Part shown: in pieces, positions 20,168-29,166 of the stretch
Position numbering within the stretch: position 1 is the first letter of the stretch
How the letters are laid out: each line of letters opens with the position of its first letter
From: Sedimentisphaerales bacterium
GTDB taxonomy: Bacteria; Planctomycetota; Phycisphaerae; Sedimentisphaerales; SM23-30
Direction: 5' to 3'
NCBI GenBank assembly: GCA_963663965.2
Contig: CAXXFK010000001.1
Span: 224,001 to 288,000, forward strand
Length of the DNA: 64,000 bases
Position numbers and translations under genes: made by a program
Notes under the pieces: model-generated
The model's input: only the letters and a program-made list of their open reading frames with translations
What the model was told of the DNA's origin: nothing
Databases searched by the model: none

Positions 20168-20692
20168 ATGTATCCATTTATCATTGTGTTAACACTGTTT
20201 CTCATGCTGGCGGCGTTTGTGGCGATTGAAGCCAAGGGATTGCTTTCCACAGTCGTTTCAGTAGGGGCGGCCGGACTGGCGCTGGCGGTGATTTTCATGC
20301 TGCTGGGTGCGCCCGATCTGGCCATTACGCAAGTTGTCGTTGAGGTCCTCTGCCTGGTATTATTGATCCGGGCGGCGGTGATGCGGGAAGATTCAACCTT
20401 TGGCACACCGCAGAGCAGCTTTGTACTGGCGGCTGGATTGATCGGAGGGGGCATATTTCTAACGCTGGTCTATTTTGCTTTACAGACCTTGACGCCGTTT
20501 GGAACCCCGCTGATGAATCTGTCGGAAGGCTATCTGCAAAATGGTTTAACACAGACTGGTGCAGTCAATTATGTCATGGCCATCCTGCTGGATTACCGCG
20601 CTTATGATACCCTGGGGGAAGCCACGGTGATTTTTGCCTCGATTATCGGTGTTTACGCCGTGATGCGACGGCTCGGGAGGAAGAAATCATGA
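20168..20692 (+). CDS. DUF4040 + MbhE-like fused subunit (MrpA C-terminal part)
   Basis: APDLAITQVVVE and AILLDYRAYDTLGEATV. Confidence 0.88.
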   Translation: MYPFIIVLTLFLMLAAFVAIEAKGLLSTVVSVGAAGLALAVIFMLLGAPDLAITQVVVEVLCLVLLIRAAVMREDSTFGTPQSSFVLAAGLIGGGIFLTLVYFALQTLTPFGTPLMNLSEGYLQNGLTQTGAVNYVMAILLDYRAYDTLGEATVIFASIIGVYAVMRRLGRKKS

Positions 20693-21138
20693 AAGGAATG
20701 ACGCTTATCGTTAAAGAAGTGACCAACCTGGTTATCGGATTTATTTTGCTGTTTTCGATCTATCTGGTGTTATACGGCCATCTTTCGCCCGGCGGTGGAT
20801 TTGTGGGCGGGGTCATGCTGAGTTGCGGCCTGATCCTGCTGATCCTGGCGCACGGCAAGGAAACGTTCAATACCCTGATCGATGACCGAGCCATGACCCT
20901 GTGGGATTGTATCGGAGCACTGCTGTTTCTGGTCCTGGCTTTGCTGGGGTATAGCGCCGGTATATTTTTCGCCAATATTTTTTCGGCCTGGGGCAGACCG
21001 TTCACCCTGGTCAGTGGCGGGACAATACCTCTGGCCAATATTGCCATTGGCATTAAAGTCGGTGCGTGTCTGGCCGGGGCCTTTATCGCGCTGGTGGTGA
21101 CGGGCAAAGCCAAACAATCGCTATCCGGAGATCTGTAA
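20689..21138 (+). CDS. MrpB/MnhB-like subunit
   Basis: GHLSPGGGFVGG; NIAIGIKV. Confidence 0.9.
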   Translation: MKGMTLIVKEVTNLVIGFILLFSIYLVLYGHLSPGGGFVGGVMLSCGLILLILAHGKETFNTLIDDRAMTLWDCIGALLFLVLALLGYSAGIFFANIFSAWGRPFTLVSGGTIPLANIAIGIKVGACLAGAFIALVVTGKAKQSLSGDL

Positions 21139-21140
21139 TC

Positions 21141-21503
21141 ATGAACACTGGAATGATACCTTACTTTCTTGCCATGCTGGTTATCGGGATCGGTCTGTAC
21201 GCGATCATCGCCAAAAAGAACATTATCAAAATCATCGTCGGGTTGATCATTCTCGACTACGGCGCCAATCTGTTTTTGATATTATGCGGGTATCGTCATG
21301 AGGGCATTGCCCCGATCCGGACACCGGATATGGCCGCGGATTCATTTGTCGCCACATCGGTCGATCCGGTGCCACAGGCATTGATTCTAACCTCGATCGT
21401 GATCGGTTTGGGACTGGTAGCCCTGATGGCGGCAATTGCCATACGAATTTATGAAAAATACCGAACCTTCGATATTACCCGGATTCGCCAGTTGAAGGGA
21501 TAA
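21141..21503 (+). CDS. MrpC/MnhC-like subunit
   Basis: DPVPQALILTSIVIG; ATG 21141 after GGAG. Confidence 0.92.
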   Translation: MNTGMIPYFLAMLVIGIGLYAIIAKKNIIKIIVGLIILDYGANLFLILCGYRHEGIAPIRTPDMAADSFVATSVDPVPQALILTSIVIGLGLVALMAAIAIRIYEKYRTFDITRIRQLKG

Positions 21504-21508
21504 TTATT

Positions 21509-23035
21509 ATGAATGCTATTCTGCCTTTGTTTGTTGTGATTCCGCTGGCGCTGGCTTTTATTCTGCCGTTGCTTGAGAAGCGCTCATACGGTTCGTTCCT
21601 GAGCCGGGCACTCGCCGTGCTGGCTTCAATAGTCCTGCTGATTCTGGCCGTCAGCCTGCTGTTCAGCCCATCTTCGATCAGTTGGATCGGAGGGTGGTCG
21701 CCTTCCAAAGGTTCGATAGGAATCAGTATGGTGCTGGATCCGCTCAGCGCCATGATGATGGTGATCGTTACGGTGGTTGCCCTGGCCGCGACACTCTATT
21801 CGCTGAATTACATGAAACGCTTTACCTCAGAACCACTCTTCTACTGCCTGTTCTTTCTGATGATCGCCGGTATTCATGGCGTTGTCCTGACGGGCGATAT
21901 TTTCAATCTGTATGTCTTCCTGGAAGTCGCCGCCATCGCCAGCTATTCGCTGGTGGCATTCGGATGCGAAATGGAGGAGTTGGAGGCCTCTTTCAAGTAC
22001 CTGGTGCTGGGATCGATCGGCTCAATCTTTATCTTTCTGGGGATCGGAATTATTTATAACCAGACCGGACATCTCAACTTGCAGTTCATTCGCGCCAATT
22101 TGCCGCCTGACAATGGCGCGGTTATGATCGCGGCGGCCTTTTTCCTGACCGGTTTCAGTCTCAAAGCCGCCATGGTGCCGTTTCACGCCTGGCTGCCGGA
22201 CGCCCATCCATCGGCGCCGGCCCCCATCTCTGCCATGCTGTCGGGGATACTCATCAAAGCCCTGGGAGTTTATACCATGATCCGGGTCTTCTTTACGACC
22301 ATGATCCTTAATCGCGAACTGGTCTGGGTACTGATCACCCTGGGGGCAGTCAGCATGGTGATCGGGGTTTTTCTGGCCGTGGGACAATGGGATTTCAAAC
22401 GGTTGTTGGCTTATCATTCGATCAGCCAGATGGGCTATGTCGTTCTCAGTCTGGGCGTGGCCGGTGAGATGCTGCTGAACAATAATTGTACGGTCGCGTC
22501 ATTGGCTTTGCTGGGCGGATTGTTTCACATGGCCAACCATGCCACCTTCAAATCATTGCTGTTTCTCTGTTCCGGCGCAGCGGAGTATGCGACTGGAGTA
22601 CGTCAGCTCAAACTGCTGGGCGGTTTAAAATATCGCATGCCGGTTACTGGCGCCTGCCTGCGTATCGGGGCCTTGAGCATTTCGGGAATCCCGCCCTTTA
22701 ACGGATTCTGGAGCAAACTGATTATTGTAATCGCCGTCCTCCAGGCCGGGCATCCACTACTGGGCGCCATGACCGTACTGGTCAGTTTTATGACACTCCT
22801 GTCATTTATCAAAGTACAGCGCTATATTCTCGATGGCGAACCCTCCGAACGAGTTACTCAGGCCCGTGAAGTGCCGGTTGGTATGCAACTGGCAATGGTC
22901 TTACTGGCAGTGATCTGCCTGGGGGCGGGTTTGTTATTGCCTGTTTACAAAGACATCTTTTTCGAAAACGCCGGTCGGATCGTGACAGACTCCATAACGA
23001 GTACGATTCAACTTCTGGCTGGAAGCGGAGGCTAA
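21509..23035 (+). CDS. MrpD/MnhD/MbhH-like antiporter subunit
   Basis: GDIFNLYVFLEV, KAAMVPFHAWLPDAHPSAP, KRLLAYHSISQMGY. Confidence 0.93.
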   Translation: MNAILPLFVVIPLALAFILPLLEKRSYGSFLSRALAVLASIVLLILAVSLLFSPSSISWIGGWSPSKGSIGISMVLDPLSAMMMVIVTVVALAATLYSLNYMKRFTSEPLFYCLFFLMIAGIHGVVLTGDIFNLYVFLEVAAIASYSLVAFGCEMEELEASFKYLVLGSIGSIFIFLGIGIIYNQTGHLNLQFIRANLPPDNGAVMIAAAFFLTGFSLKAAMVPFHAWLPDAHPSAPAPISAMLSGILIKALGVYTMIRVFFTTMILNRELVWVLITLGAVSMVIGVFLAVGQWDFKRLLAYHSISQMGYVVLSLGVAGEMLLNNNCTVASLALLGGLFHMANHATFKSLLFLCSGAAEYATGVRQLKLLGGLKYRMPVTGACLRIGALSISGIPPFNGFWSKLIIVIAVLQAGHPLLGAMTVLVSFMTLLSFIKVQRYILDGEPSERVTQAREVPVGMQLAMVLLAVICLGAGLLLPVYKDIFFENAGRIVTDSITSTIQLLAGSGG

Positions 23036-23038
23036 GCG

Positions 23039-23524
23039 ATGAAATACCTGGCTTCGTTTATTATGTTGTTACTGCTCTGGCTGATACTGGCTAATCCGGA
23101 TTCAGCCTGGGAGTGGCTTACCGGCGCGGCAGTGGCATTGCTACTCTCTGTTGTGTTAGGGCGGCTCTATCGCCCTGTTCCAATCGCCATCCTCGATCCG
23201 GTACGCTGGCTCTGGTTTGTAGTGTATGCTCTCTATTTCATTTACTACTGTATCCGCGCCAATCTGGATGTGGCCTATCGGGCGCTGCATCCGGATATGC
23301 CGATTCGTCCCGGGATTGTCAAAGTCCAGACCCGATTAAAAAGCGATATTGCCAAAACCTTCCTGGCCAACTCGATTACTCTGACGCCCGGCACACTCAC
23401 CATAGACATCATGGGCAACTCGCTGTTCATACACTGGATCAATATCGTCACTGACGACCCGGACGGGCAAACGGATATTATTGTCAGACGTTTCGAAACC
23501 CTTTTGGAAAGGATCTTCGAATGA
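23039..23524 (+). CDS. MrpE/MnhE-like subunit
   Basis: ANSITLTPGTLT. Confidence 0.93.
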   Translation: MKYLASFIMLLLLWLILANPDSAWEWLTGAAVALLLSVVLGRLYRPVPIAILDPVRWLWFVVYALYFIYYCIRANLDVAYRALHPDMPIRPGIVKVQTRLKSDIAKTFLANSITLTPGTLTIDIMGNSLFIHWINIVTDDPDGQTDIIVRRFETLLERIFE

Positions 23525-23778
23525 TTACCATAGGAATGTGGATACTGATCATCGCCAGTTTTCTGTGCCTTTACCGGATAGCCGCGGGGCCAACCGCGCC
23601 GGACCGCACAGTTGCCATCGATATACTCGGTACCCTGATGATCGGCTTTGTCTGTCTGTTCGCTCTGCTGCACAAGCAGGATTTTTATATGAATATCGCG
23701 CTGGCCTGGGCCCTGCTCAGTTTTATCGGATCCATTGCCCTGGCCAAATATCTGGAAGGCAGGCATTTCCATGAATGA
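23521..23778 (+). CDS. MrpF/MnhF-like subunit
   Basis: GPTAPDRTVAID; FIGSIALAKYL. Confidence 0.92.
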   Translation: MITIGMWILIIASFLCLYRIAAGPTAPDRTVAIDILGTLMIGFVCLFALLHKQDFYMNIALAWALLSFIGSIALAKYLEGRHFHE

Positions 23779-24121
23779 GTTGATTGGATCCATCCTGATT
23801 GGAATCGGACTGGCTTTTGACCTGGTCGGCGTCATTGGCCTGGTTCGCTTCCCTGATATCTACAATCGGTTACAGGCCGCCACCAAATGTGTTACACTAG
23901 GCACCGCCACCCTGTTGCTGGGTGTGGCCGTTTATGACGGTGGTTTTGCCCTGGGCGCCAAGGCTTTGCTCTGTGCCGTTTTCATTCTGCTCACCTCGCC
24001 CGTCGGGGCACACGCCATTGCCCGGGGCGCACATATTTCCGGCATCCGGCTTTGGGAGGGCAGCGTCTGCGACCGTTACCGGGAGGTACCCAAACAGGAG
24101 TCTGGCCATGAAGAAGCCTAA
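23771..24121 (+). CDS. MrpG/MnhG-like subunit
   Basis: RFPDIYNRLQAATKCVTLG; SPVGAHAIARGA. Confidence 0.92.
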   Translation: MNELIGSILIGIGLAFDLVGVIGLVRFPDIYNRLQAATKCVTLGTATLLLGVAVYDGGFALGAKALLCAVFILLTSPVGAHAIARGAHISGIRLWEGSVCDRYREVPKQESGHEEA

Positions 24122-24725
24122 ACTGCGAGAACTCGGCGAAGCCATTCGCTCACTGCTGAGTCCGGCTTTTACCACGCGATTTCCAGCTGTTCCAGCGCCG
24201 GCCCCGCCGGCTTATCGGGGTAAAGGCAAGTTCCACGATGAACAGTGTATTGGCTGCGGCGCCTGTGCCGAGGTCTGCCCGGCCGACGCTATCGAAGTGA
24301 TCGATAATATCACTGATGATACACCAATGCGTACCTTGATACGGCATGATGATATCTGCATTTTCTGTGGCCAGTGTCAGTCTTTATGTACAACGGAACA
24401 AGGCATTGAATGCACACCCGAATACGAACTGTCCACCTTTGATCGTGCCACTTGTGCGGTATCGGTGCAAAAAGAGCTGGTTTTATGCCGGCTCTGCGGC
24501 GAGACGATAACCACCAAAGACCACCTCCGCTGGCTGGCGGATAAACTGGGCACCAAACGTTACGCCAATCCAACTCTGATACTGATTAAAGAAGCACAAC
24601 TCGGGTTGCTTCCGCCGGAAACCGCGCCGCCACCGCGTCCTCATGAACCGGATCGGGGTGATACCATGCAGGTTTTATGTCCGCATTGCCGACGACAGGT
24701 CATTTTAAAGGAGATTTGGGGATGA
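24108..24725 (+). CDS. NuoI/HycF/MbhN-like 2x[4Fe-4S] subunit with extra C-terminal Cys pairs
   Basis: CIGCGACAEVCP, CIFCGQCQSLC, plus CRLC..CPHC; ATG 24108 after AGGAG. Confidence 0.88.
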   Translation: MKKPKLRELGEAIRSLLSPAFTTRFPAVPAPAPPAYRGKGKFHDEQCIGCGACAEVCPADAIEVIDNITDDTPMRTLIRHDDICIFCGQCQSLCTTEQGIECTPEYELSTFDRATCAVSVQKELVLCRLCGETITTKDHLRWLADKLGTKRYANPTLILIKEAQLGLLPPETAPPPRPHEPDRGDTMQVLCPHCRRQVILKEIWG

Positions 24726-25261
24726 CCATTCATGATATGCTTGCCCGGAACCTTGACAAAGAATCGCTCATTCTGGGGGTGGGCAACCGCCTTTTTGGCG
24801 ATGATGCTTTTGGACCGGCTGTCATCGACGGCCTGCGTGACCGGACATCGCTGGCATTGCTCAACGGAGGCATTGCCCCGGAAAATCTCTTCGGGCCCAT
24901 CTCCCGCCTGGCGCCTACCCGTGTCATTATCGCCGATGCCGTTTCGCTAAATGCTCCCTTTGGCAGCCTGCACTGGCTCGAACCGGATGAGCTGGATGGC
25001 GCCGCCATTTCTACCCACGGCCCGCCGCTTGACCTGGTGGTGGCGATTATTACGCAGTATATCAAAGCCCGGGTACATATCATCGGAGTGGTGCCCGCGA
25101 CTCTCGGGTTAAATCAGGCCATGTCACCGGAAGTGCAAAAAGCTACCCAAACGGTCGTTGCCTCCATCGCCGATCTGTTTCCGGCCGATCCCTCAGTCAT
25201 ACAATCGCTTGATTCCGACCCAATTTCGCACCGGACTCACAGGCGTACCGAACCCAAATAA
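24722..25261 (+). CDS. Hydrogenase maturation endopeptidase (HycI-like)
   Basis: GVGNRLFGDDAFGP, APEN, IIADA, ISTH. Confidence 0.9.
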   Translation: MTIHDMLARNLDKESLILGVGNRLFGDDAFGPAVIDGLRDRTSLALLNGGIAPENLFGPISRLAPTRVIIADAVSLNAPFGSLHWLEPDELDGAAISTHGPPLDLVVAIITQYIKARVHIIGVVPATLGLNQAMSPEVQKATQTVVASIADLFPADPSVIQSLDSDPISHRTHRRTEPK

Positions 25262-25279
25262 CCTGATCAACAACATTAC

Positions 25280-27712
25280 TCAGCCGATTAAGGTATCGTA
25301 GGGCCACATTTCCAGCCCCCCTTCCAGCACCCGTACCTGATCAAAACCGGCCGCATCCAGAATCAGGGAGGCTTCATACGCGCGCAAACCGGAATTACAA
25401 AGCGTAACAATCAATTTGTTACCATCCAATTCGTTGGCTCGTTCACGTAACACACCCAGGGGGATATTCCGGACATAAGGCAGATGATTATGTTCCACTT
25501 CCATGGCGGTTCGCACATCAAGCAGAATCATATCCGCCCCTGAGCGGATCAGGTCGTATAGCTCCGCAGCCCCAATTCCTTTTAAATAGCCATCCAGCTT
25601 ATTGCACGCGATATTGGTGGCTGTAATCAGGTTATCCATGACCGGTGAAAAACTGGGCGCGTAACAAAGATCCAGATTACTCATGTCATCGACAGTCATA
25701 TGATTGGTAATTGCCAGCGCCGCCAAATTGACCCGGGCAACCGCGCTACCAGGCCCCACCGCCTGGGCGCCCAGCAAACGACGGCTGGCTTTATCAACCA
25801 CCAGTTTCAGTTTAATAGTAGCCGCTCCGGGCGCGAAATGTTCACGATCCGGCGCCGGATTTAATACGGTGATAGTATCATAGCCCCGCTCGCGGGCCTC
25901 CCGTTCGGTAAATCCGGTCCGAGCGATCTCGTAGTCGAACACCTTACAGCCGATACTGCCAATCACGCCCCGATAGGCCTTATCGCCGCCACAGACATTG
26001 ACAGCCACTACACGCCCCTGCTTATTGGCCGTTGAACCCAGTGGGATATGACAGCCCTGACCGCTGATCAGATGAATGGATTCGACACAGTCACCTGCGG
26101 CAAAAATATCCGGATCGGAGGTCCGAAGTTGTGCGTCCACTTTGATCCCCCCGGTCTTACCGAGTTCCAATCCGGCCTGGCGCGCCAATTCGGAATTGGG
26201 GCGTACCCCGGTCGATAAGATCACCATATCCGCCGGGAGAATCCCCCGACTGGTAGCCACCGCTTCAACCTGATCGCCGCCGATCAGCCGTTTTGTTTCG
26301 GTTTGGGTCAGAACTTTAACGCCATGCGCTTCCAGATAATTCTCCACCAGACGGGCAATCTGGTCATCCAGTATCCTCAGGATCTGAGACCGTTTCTCGA
26401 CGATACTGACCCGGCAGCCTTTACGCGCCAGCGCTTCTGTCACTTCGATTCCTACCAGGCCGCCCCCTAAAATAACGACATCGTGGGCCCGGCCGCGCTC
26501 CAACTCGGTCTTGATCCCTTCAGCGTCGGCGACACCCCACAAAGTAAATACATTGCGCAAACGCAATCCTTCGATATCCGGCATGACCGGCCGGGCGCCG
26601 GTGGCCAGAACCAGTTTATCATAATCCAGCCAGGTCTCTTTTTTGCTGACGTAATCACGCACCAGGATTCGTTTATGAGCGCGGTCAATCTCCAACGCCT
26701 CGGTCTGATTCATGATATGAACGTTCTTGACTTTCTGAAAGAAAACCGGGTCGCGAACGATACCCGCTGAAGAACTCATTAATTCGTATTGGTTTTTTAC
26801 TTCACCTGAAATGTAATATGGCAGACCGCAGCCGGCATAAGAAAGTAACTTCCCTTTTTCGATAATCGTCACGTCCGCTTCCGGAATCAGGCGGATAATC
26901 TTGGCGGCCACCTTGGGACCAGCAGCCACCCCGCCGACGATAATCACTTTCAATCGTTGTGCCATGGGCATATCCCCACTTTTCTGGATATGAGAGGGTT
27001 TTATTACGGGAAATTGTATAATGAATTCTGCCCCACCATAACGTGAACGGTCCACCTCGATCGTTCCACCCGCCGCATCGATTACTGCCTTCACAAAAGC
27101 CAGCCCCAGCCCAGAACCTGTGCGGGCAGCATTACTGCTGGATTGCGACCGGAAAAAAGGCATCAGTACCAGATCTCGCTCGGATTCAGCAATACCCGGC
27201 CCGGAATCTCCCACACGCAAACGAATGCGTTCGGAGGATTCAGTGTATTCGACAACGACATCGATATGGCCATGATCCGGTGTGTACTTTAACGCATTGT
27301 TAATCAGCGCTTCGATGGCCTCGATCAGCGCTGGTTCGTGGCTTTTTACCCAATCCTGTCCGGACATGGTGTTGTTATGTAGATTCAAATGGATGTGATG
27401 GCTTCTGGCAAGATCGTGATAACGGCCGGCGGCCTGTTCAACTGCCTTTACCAGGCTGGTATTGCCACGCAGGCTGTCGGGATTATGAATGGCCCGTGCG
27501 ATAGACAGCAATTGCTGGGCAGTCTGGATCGATTCATCGCAACGAAGTATGGCCTTTTCCAATAATTCTTTTTGTTTCGGGGTTAAAGGCCCGGCAAATT
27601 CACCCAATAGAACTTTTAGCAGACTGGCCACTGCGCTGACCGGTGTTTTTAATTGATGCGCGATCACAGCGGCATATTGCATCGGATCGGTTGGATCGAA
27701 TCGGGTTCCCAT
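25280..27712 (-). CDS. Fusion: histidine kinase (HisKA-HATPase) + CoA-disulfide reductase/NADH oxidase-like flavoprotein + rhodanese
   Basis: AHQLKTP, NNALKYT, DSGPGI, GSGLGL; then GGVAAG, SYAGCGLPY, LVLATGA, GGGLVG, IFAAGDC, YAPSFS; then LDVRT..CNSGLRA..LEGG, all in one uninterrupted frame. Confidence 0.88.
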   Translation of the reverse strand: MGTRFDPTDPMQYAAVIAHQLKTPVSAVASLLKVLLGEFAGPLTPKQKELLEKAILRCDESIQTAQQLLSIARAIHNPDSLRGNTSLVKAVEQAAGRYHDLARSHHIHLNLHNNTMSGQDWVKSHEPALIEAIEALINNALKYTPDHGHIDVVVEYTESSERIRLRVGDSGPGIAESERDLVLMPFFRSQSSSNAARTGSGLGLAFVKAVIDAAGGTIEVDRSRYGGAEFIIQFPVIKPSHIQKSGDMPMAQRLKVIIVGGVAAGPKVAAKIIRLIPEADVTIIEKGKLLSYAGCGLPYYISGEVKNQYELMSSSAGIVRDPVFFQKVKNVHIMNQTEALEIDRAHKRILVRDYVSKKETWLDYDKLVLATGARPVMPDIEGLRLRNVFTLWGVADAEGIKTELERGRAHDVVILGGGLVGIEVTEALARKGCRVSIVEKRSQILRILDDQIARLVENYLEAHGVKVLTQTETKRLIGGDQVEAVATSRGILPADMVILSTGVRPNSELARQAGLELGKTGGIKVDAQLRTSDPDIFAAGDCVESIHLISGQGCHIPLGSTANKQGRVVAVNVCGGDKAYRGVIGSIGCKVFDYEIARTGFTEREARERGYDTITVLNPAPDREHFAPGAATIKLKLVVDKASRRLLGAQAVGPGSAVARVNLAALAITNHMTVDDMSNLDLCYAPSFSPVMDNLITATNIACNKLDGYLKGIGAAELYDLIRSGADMILLDVRTAMEVEHNHLPYVRNIPLGVLRERANELDGNKLIVTLCNSGLRAYEASLILDAAGFDQVRVLEGGLEMWPYDTLIG

Positions 27713-27796
27713 TTTAAACTGACGTTATTGCTCCATTTGATTAAATACTATCTTAATTTCCAGATCAACGTATTTCAATCTTTTTCCTCTTTTTAA

Positions 27797-27826
27797 TATA
27801 CACAGTGTTTTTTATTTTGTTGACAA
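27797..27826. repeat. Left copy of a 30-bp inverted repeat flanking the Y1 transposase
   Basis: TATACACAGTGTTTTTTATTTTGTTGACAA; its reverse complement matches 29160-29189 at 27/30 positions. Confidence 0.85.
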
Positions 27827-28117
27827 AATAAAAAGCTATGCGTTTTTGTTCAAAATGAATACCGACTTTCCCGTCTATCTGGCTAATTCTGCTATTTTAA
27901 CTGTTATGATTTATATGCTTCTATAATTAAGCCTCATAGTAAAAGCAGCATAATGGATCAATATTAATGCCTTTAGTGATATTTATTGATGTCTATGTTT
28001 CAACAGAGCTTGTTAAAGATACGTATCATCTAAATTCTTTTCAAATCTACCATAGATTCAAATACTAAGAATAATCTGGTTAATCCATATATTATAAATT
28101 GCGTATATTACGACTGA

Positions 28118-29069
28118 TCAATAGCTGTGGACGGCTTTGAGGGCGAAGAGGCCGGTGGGGAGGGGGATGGGGTTGGTGCGGCGGTGGTATTGGCCGGTTT
28201 GTCGGAAGGTTTGGAGTTGCTGGCGGATGTAGGTTTCGGAGCCGATGGCCAGGCCGTCGATGAAGTGTTTGAACTGTTGCAGGAAGAGGCCGGGGTGGGC
28301 GAAACCCAGGGAGCGTTCGTTTTCGAGGATGGCGGCGGGGATTGGGGGGTGCTTGGCTTGGGAATCGGCGTCTGAGGGTGCGAGGTTGCCGCGGTAGGTG
28401 AGGCGGTGGGTGTAATCTTTGAGGGCTTGGGGCTCGGTGGTGCGCTGGTCGAAGAGTTGATGGAGGGGGCAGCAGCCAGGCGGCGGCGTGGCGGTTTTGG
28501 GTGCGCTGATGGTGGGAGCAGAACTCGTAATCGGCGGGGTGGGCGGCCTGGCCGGCGCGGACGGGGTTGAGATCGACGTAGAGCATGCAGTCGCGGACGG
28601 CGCGTAAGTCTTTGAGGAATACAGACTTGAAGCGCGTGGCCCAGAAGCGGCCGCGGCGTTCGAAGGTCTGGTTGTACCATTTGGCGAAGCGGGCCTGGAG
28701 GTTGCGGAGGAGCTCGGAGAGGTCGAAGAGGCGGTCGTTGAAGCGCTGCCATTGGGCCGGGGACCAGTTGGCGATGATTTCCTGGGAATGGGGGCCGGGG
28801 TAGAGGAGGTGGGCGCGGCGTGCGAGTTCGGCGGGCGGGAGCTGGGATTTGGGGTCGAAGCGGAGGATGAGGTGGTAGTGGTTGCCCATGAGGGCGAAGG
28901 CGGCGACTTCGCAGCAGTAGGCGCGGGTGTAGTGCTGGATGAGGGCGAGGAGTTTGCGGCGGCAATTGGGCTGCTGGAGCGGGCGGTCGGCGGGTGAGCC
29001 GGCGATGCGGCTGTAGACGTGGTAGAAGGCGGCGAACCGGGTCTGCTTGAAGCGAAGGCGGCATGACAT
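28118..29069 (-). mobile_element. REP-associated tyrosine (Y1/HUH) transposase, RAYT-like, with a 1-nt frameshift
   Basis: YHVYSR, LMGNHYHL (HUH), RGRFWATRFKS, YVDLNPVRAG. Removing one base from the G5 run at 28465-28469 gives a normal-looking C-terminus (..FKHFIDGLAIGSETYI..VHSY) ending at the stop at 28118-28120. Confidence 0.88.
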
Positions 29070-29137
29070 AACGTAACTCCTTTTATATAAATACGATATA
29101 CTAATTAATGATTGGTATGAGGGCTTTGGATAGTTGA

Positions 29138-29166
29138 AGGATAATGGGTGAAGAAAGAGTTGTCAA
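29138..29166 (-). promoter_or_regulatory. Sigma70-like promoter of the transposase, with -35 inside the right inverted repeat
   Basis: Minus strand TTGACA-N17-TATCCT. Confidence 0.6.

Noticed and set aside
28108..29064. 318-aa Pro/Arg/Ser-rich alternative-frame ORF
   Set aside because: By-product of C-rich codon usage in the transposase; not protein-like.
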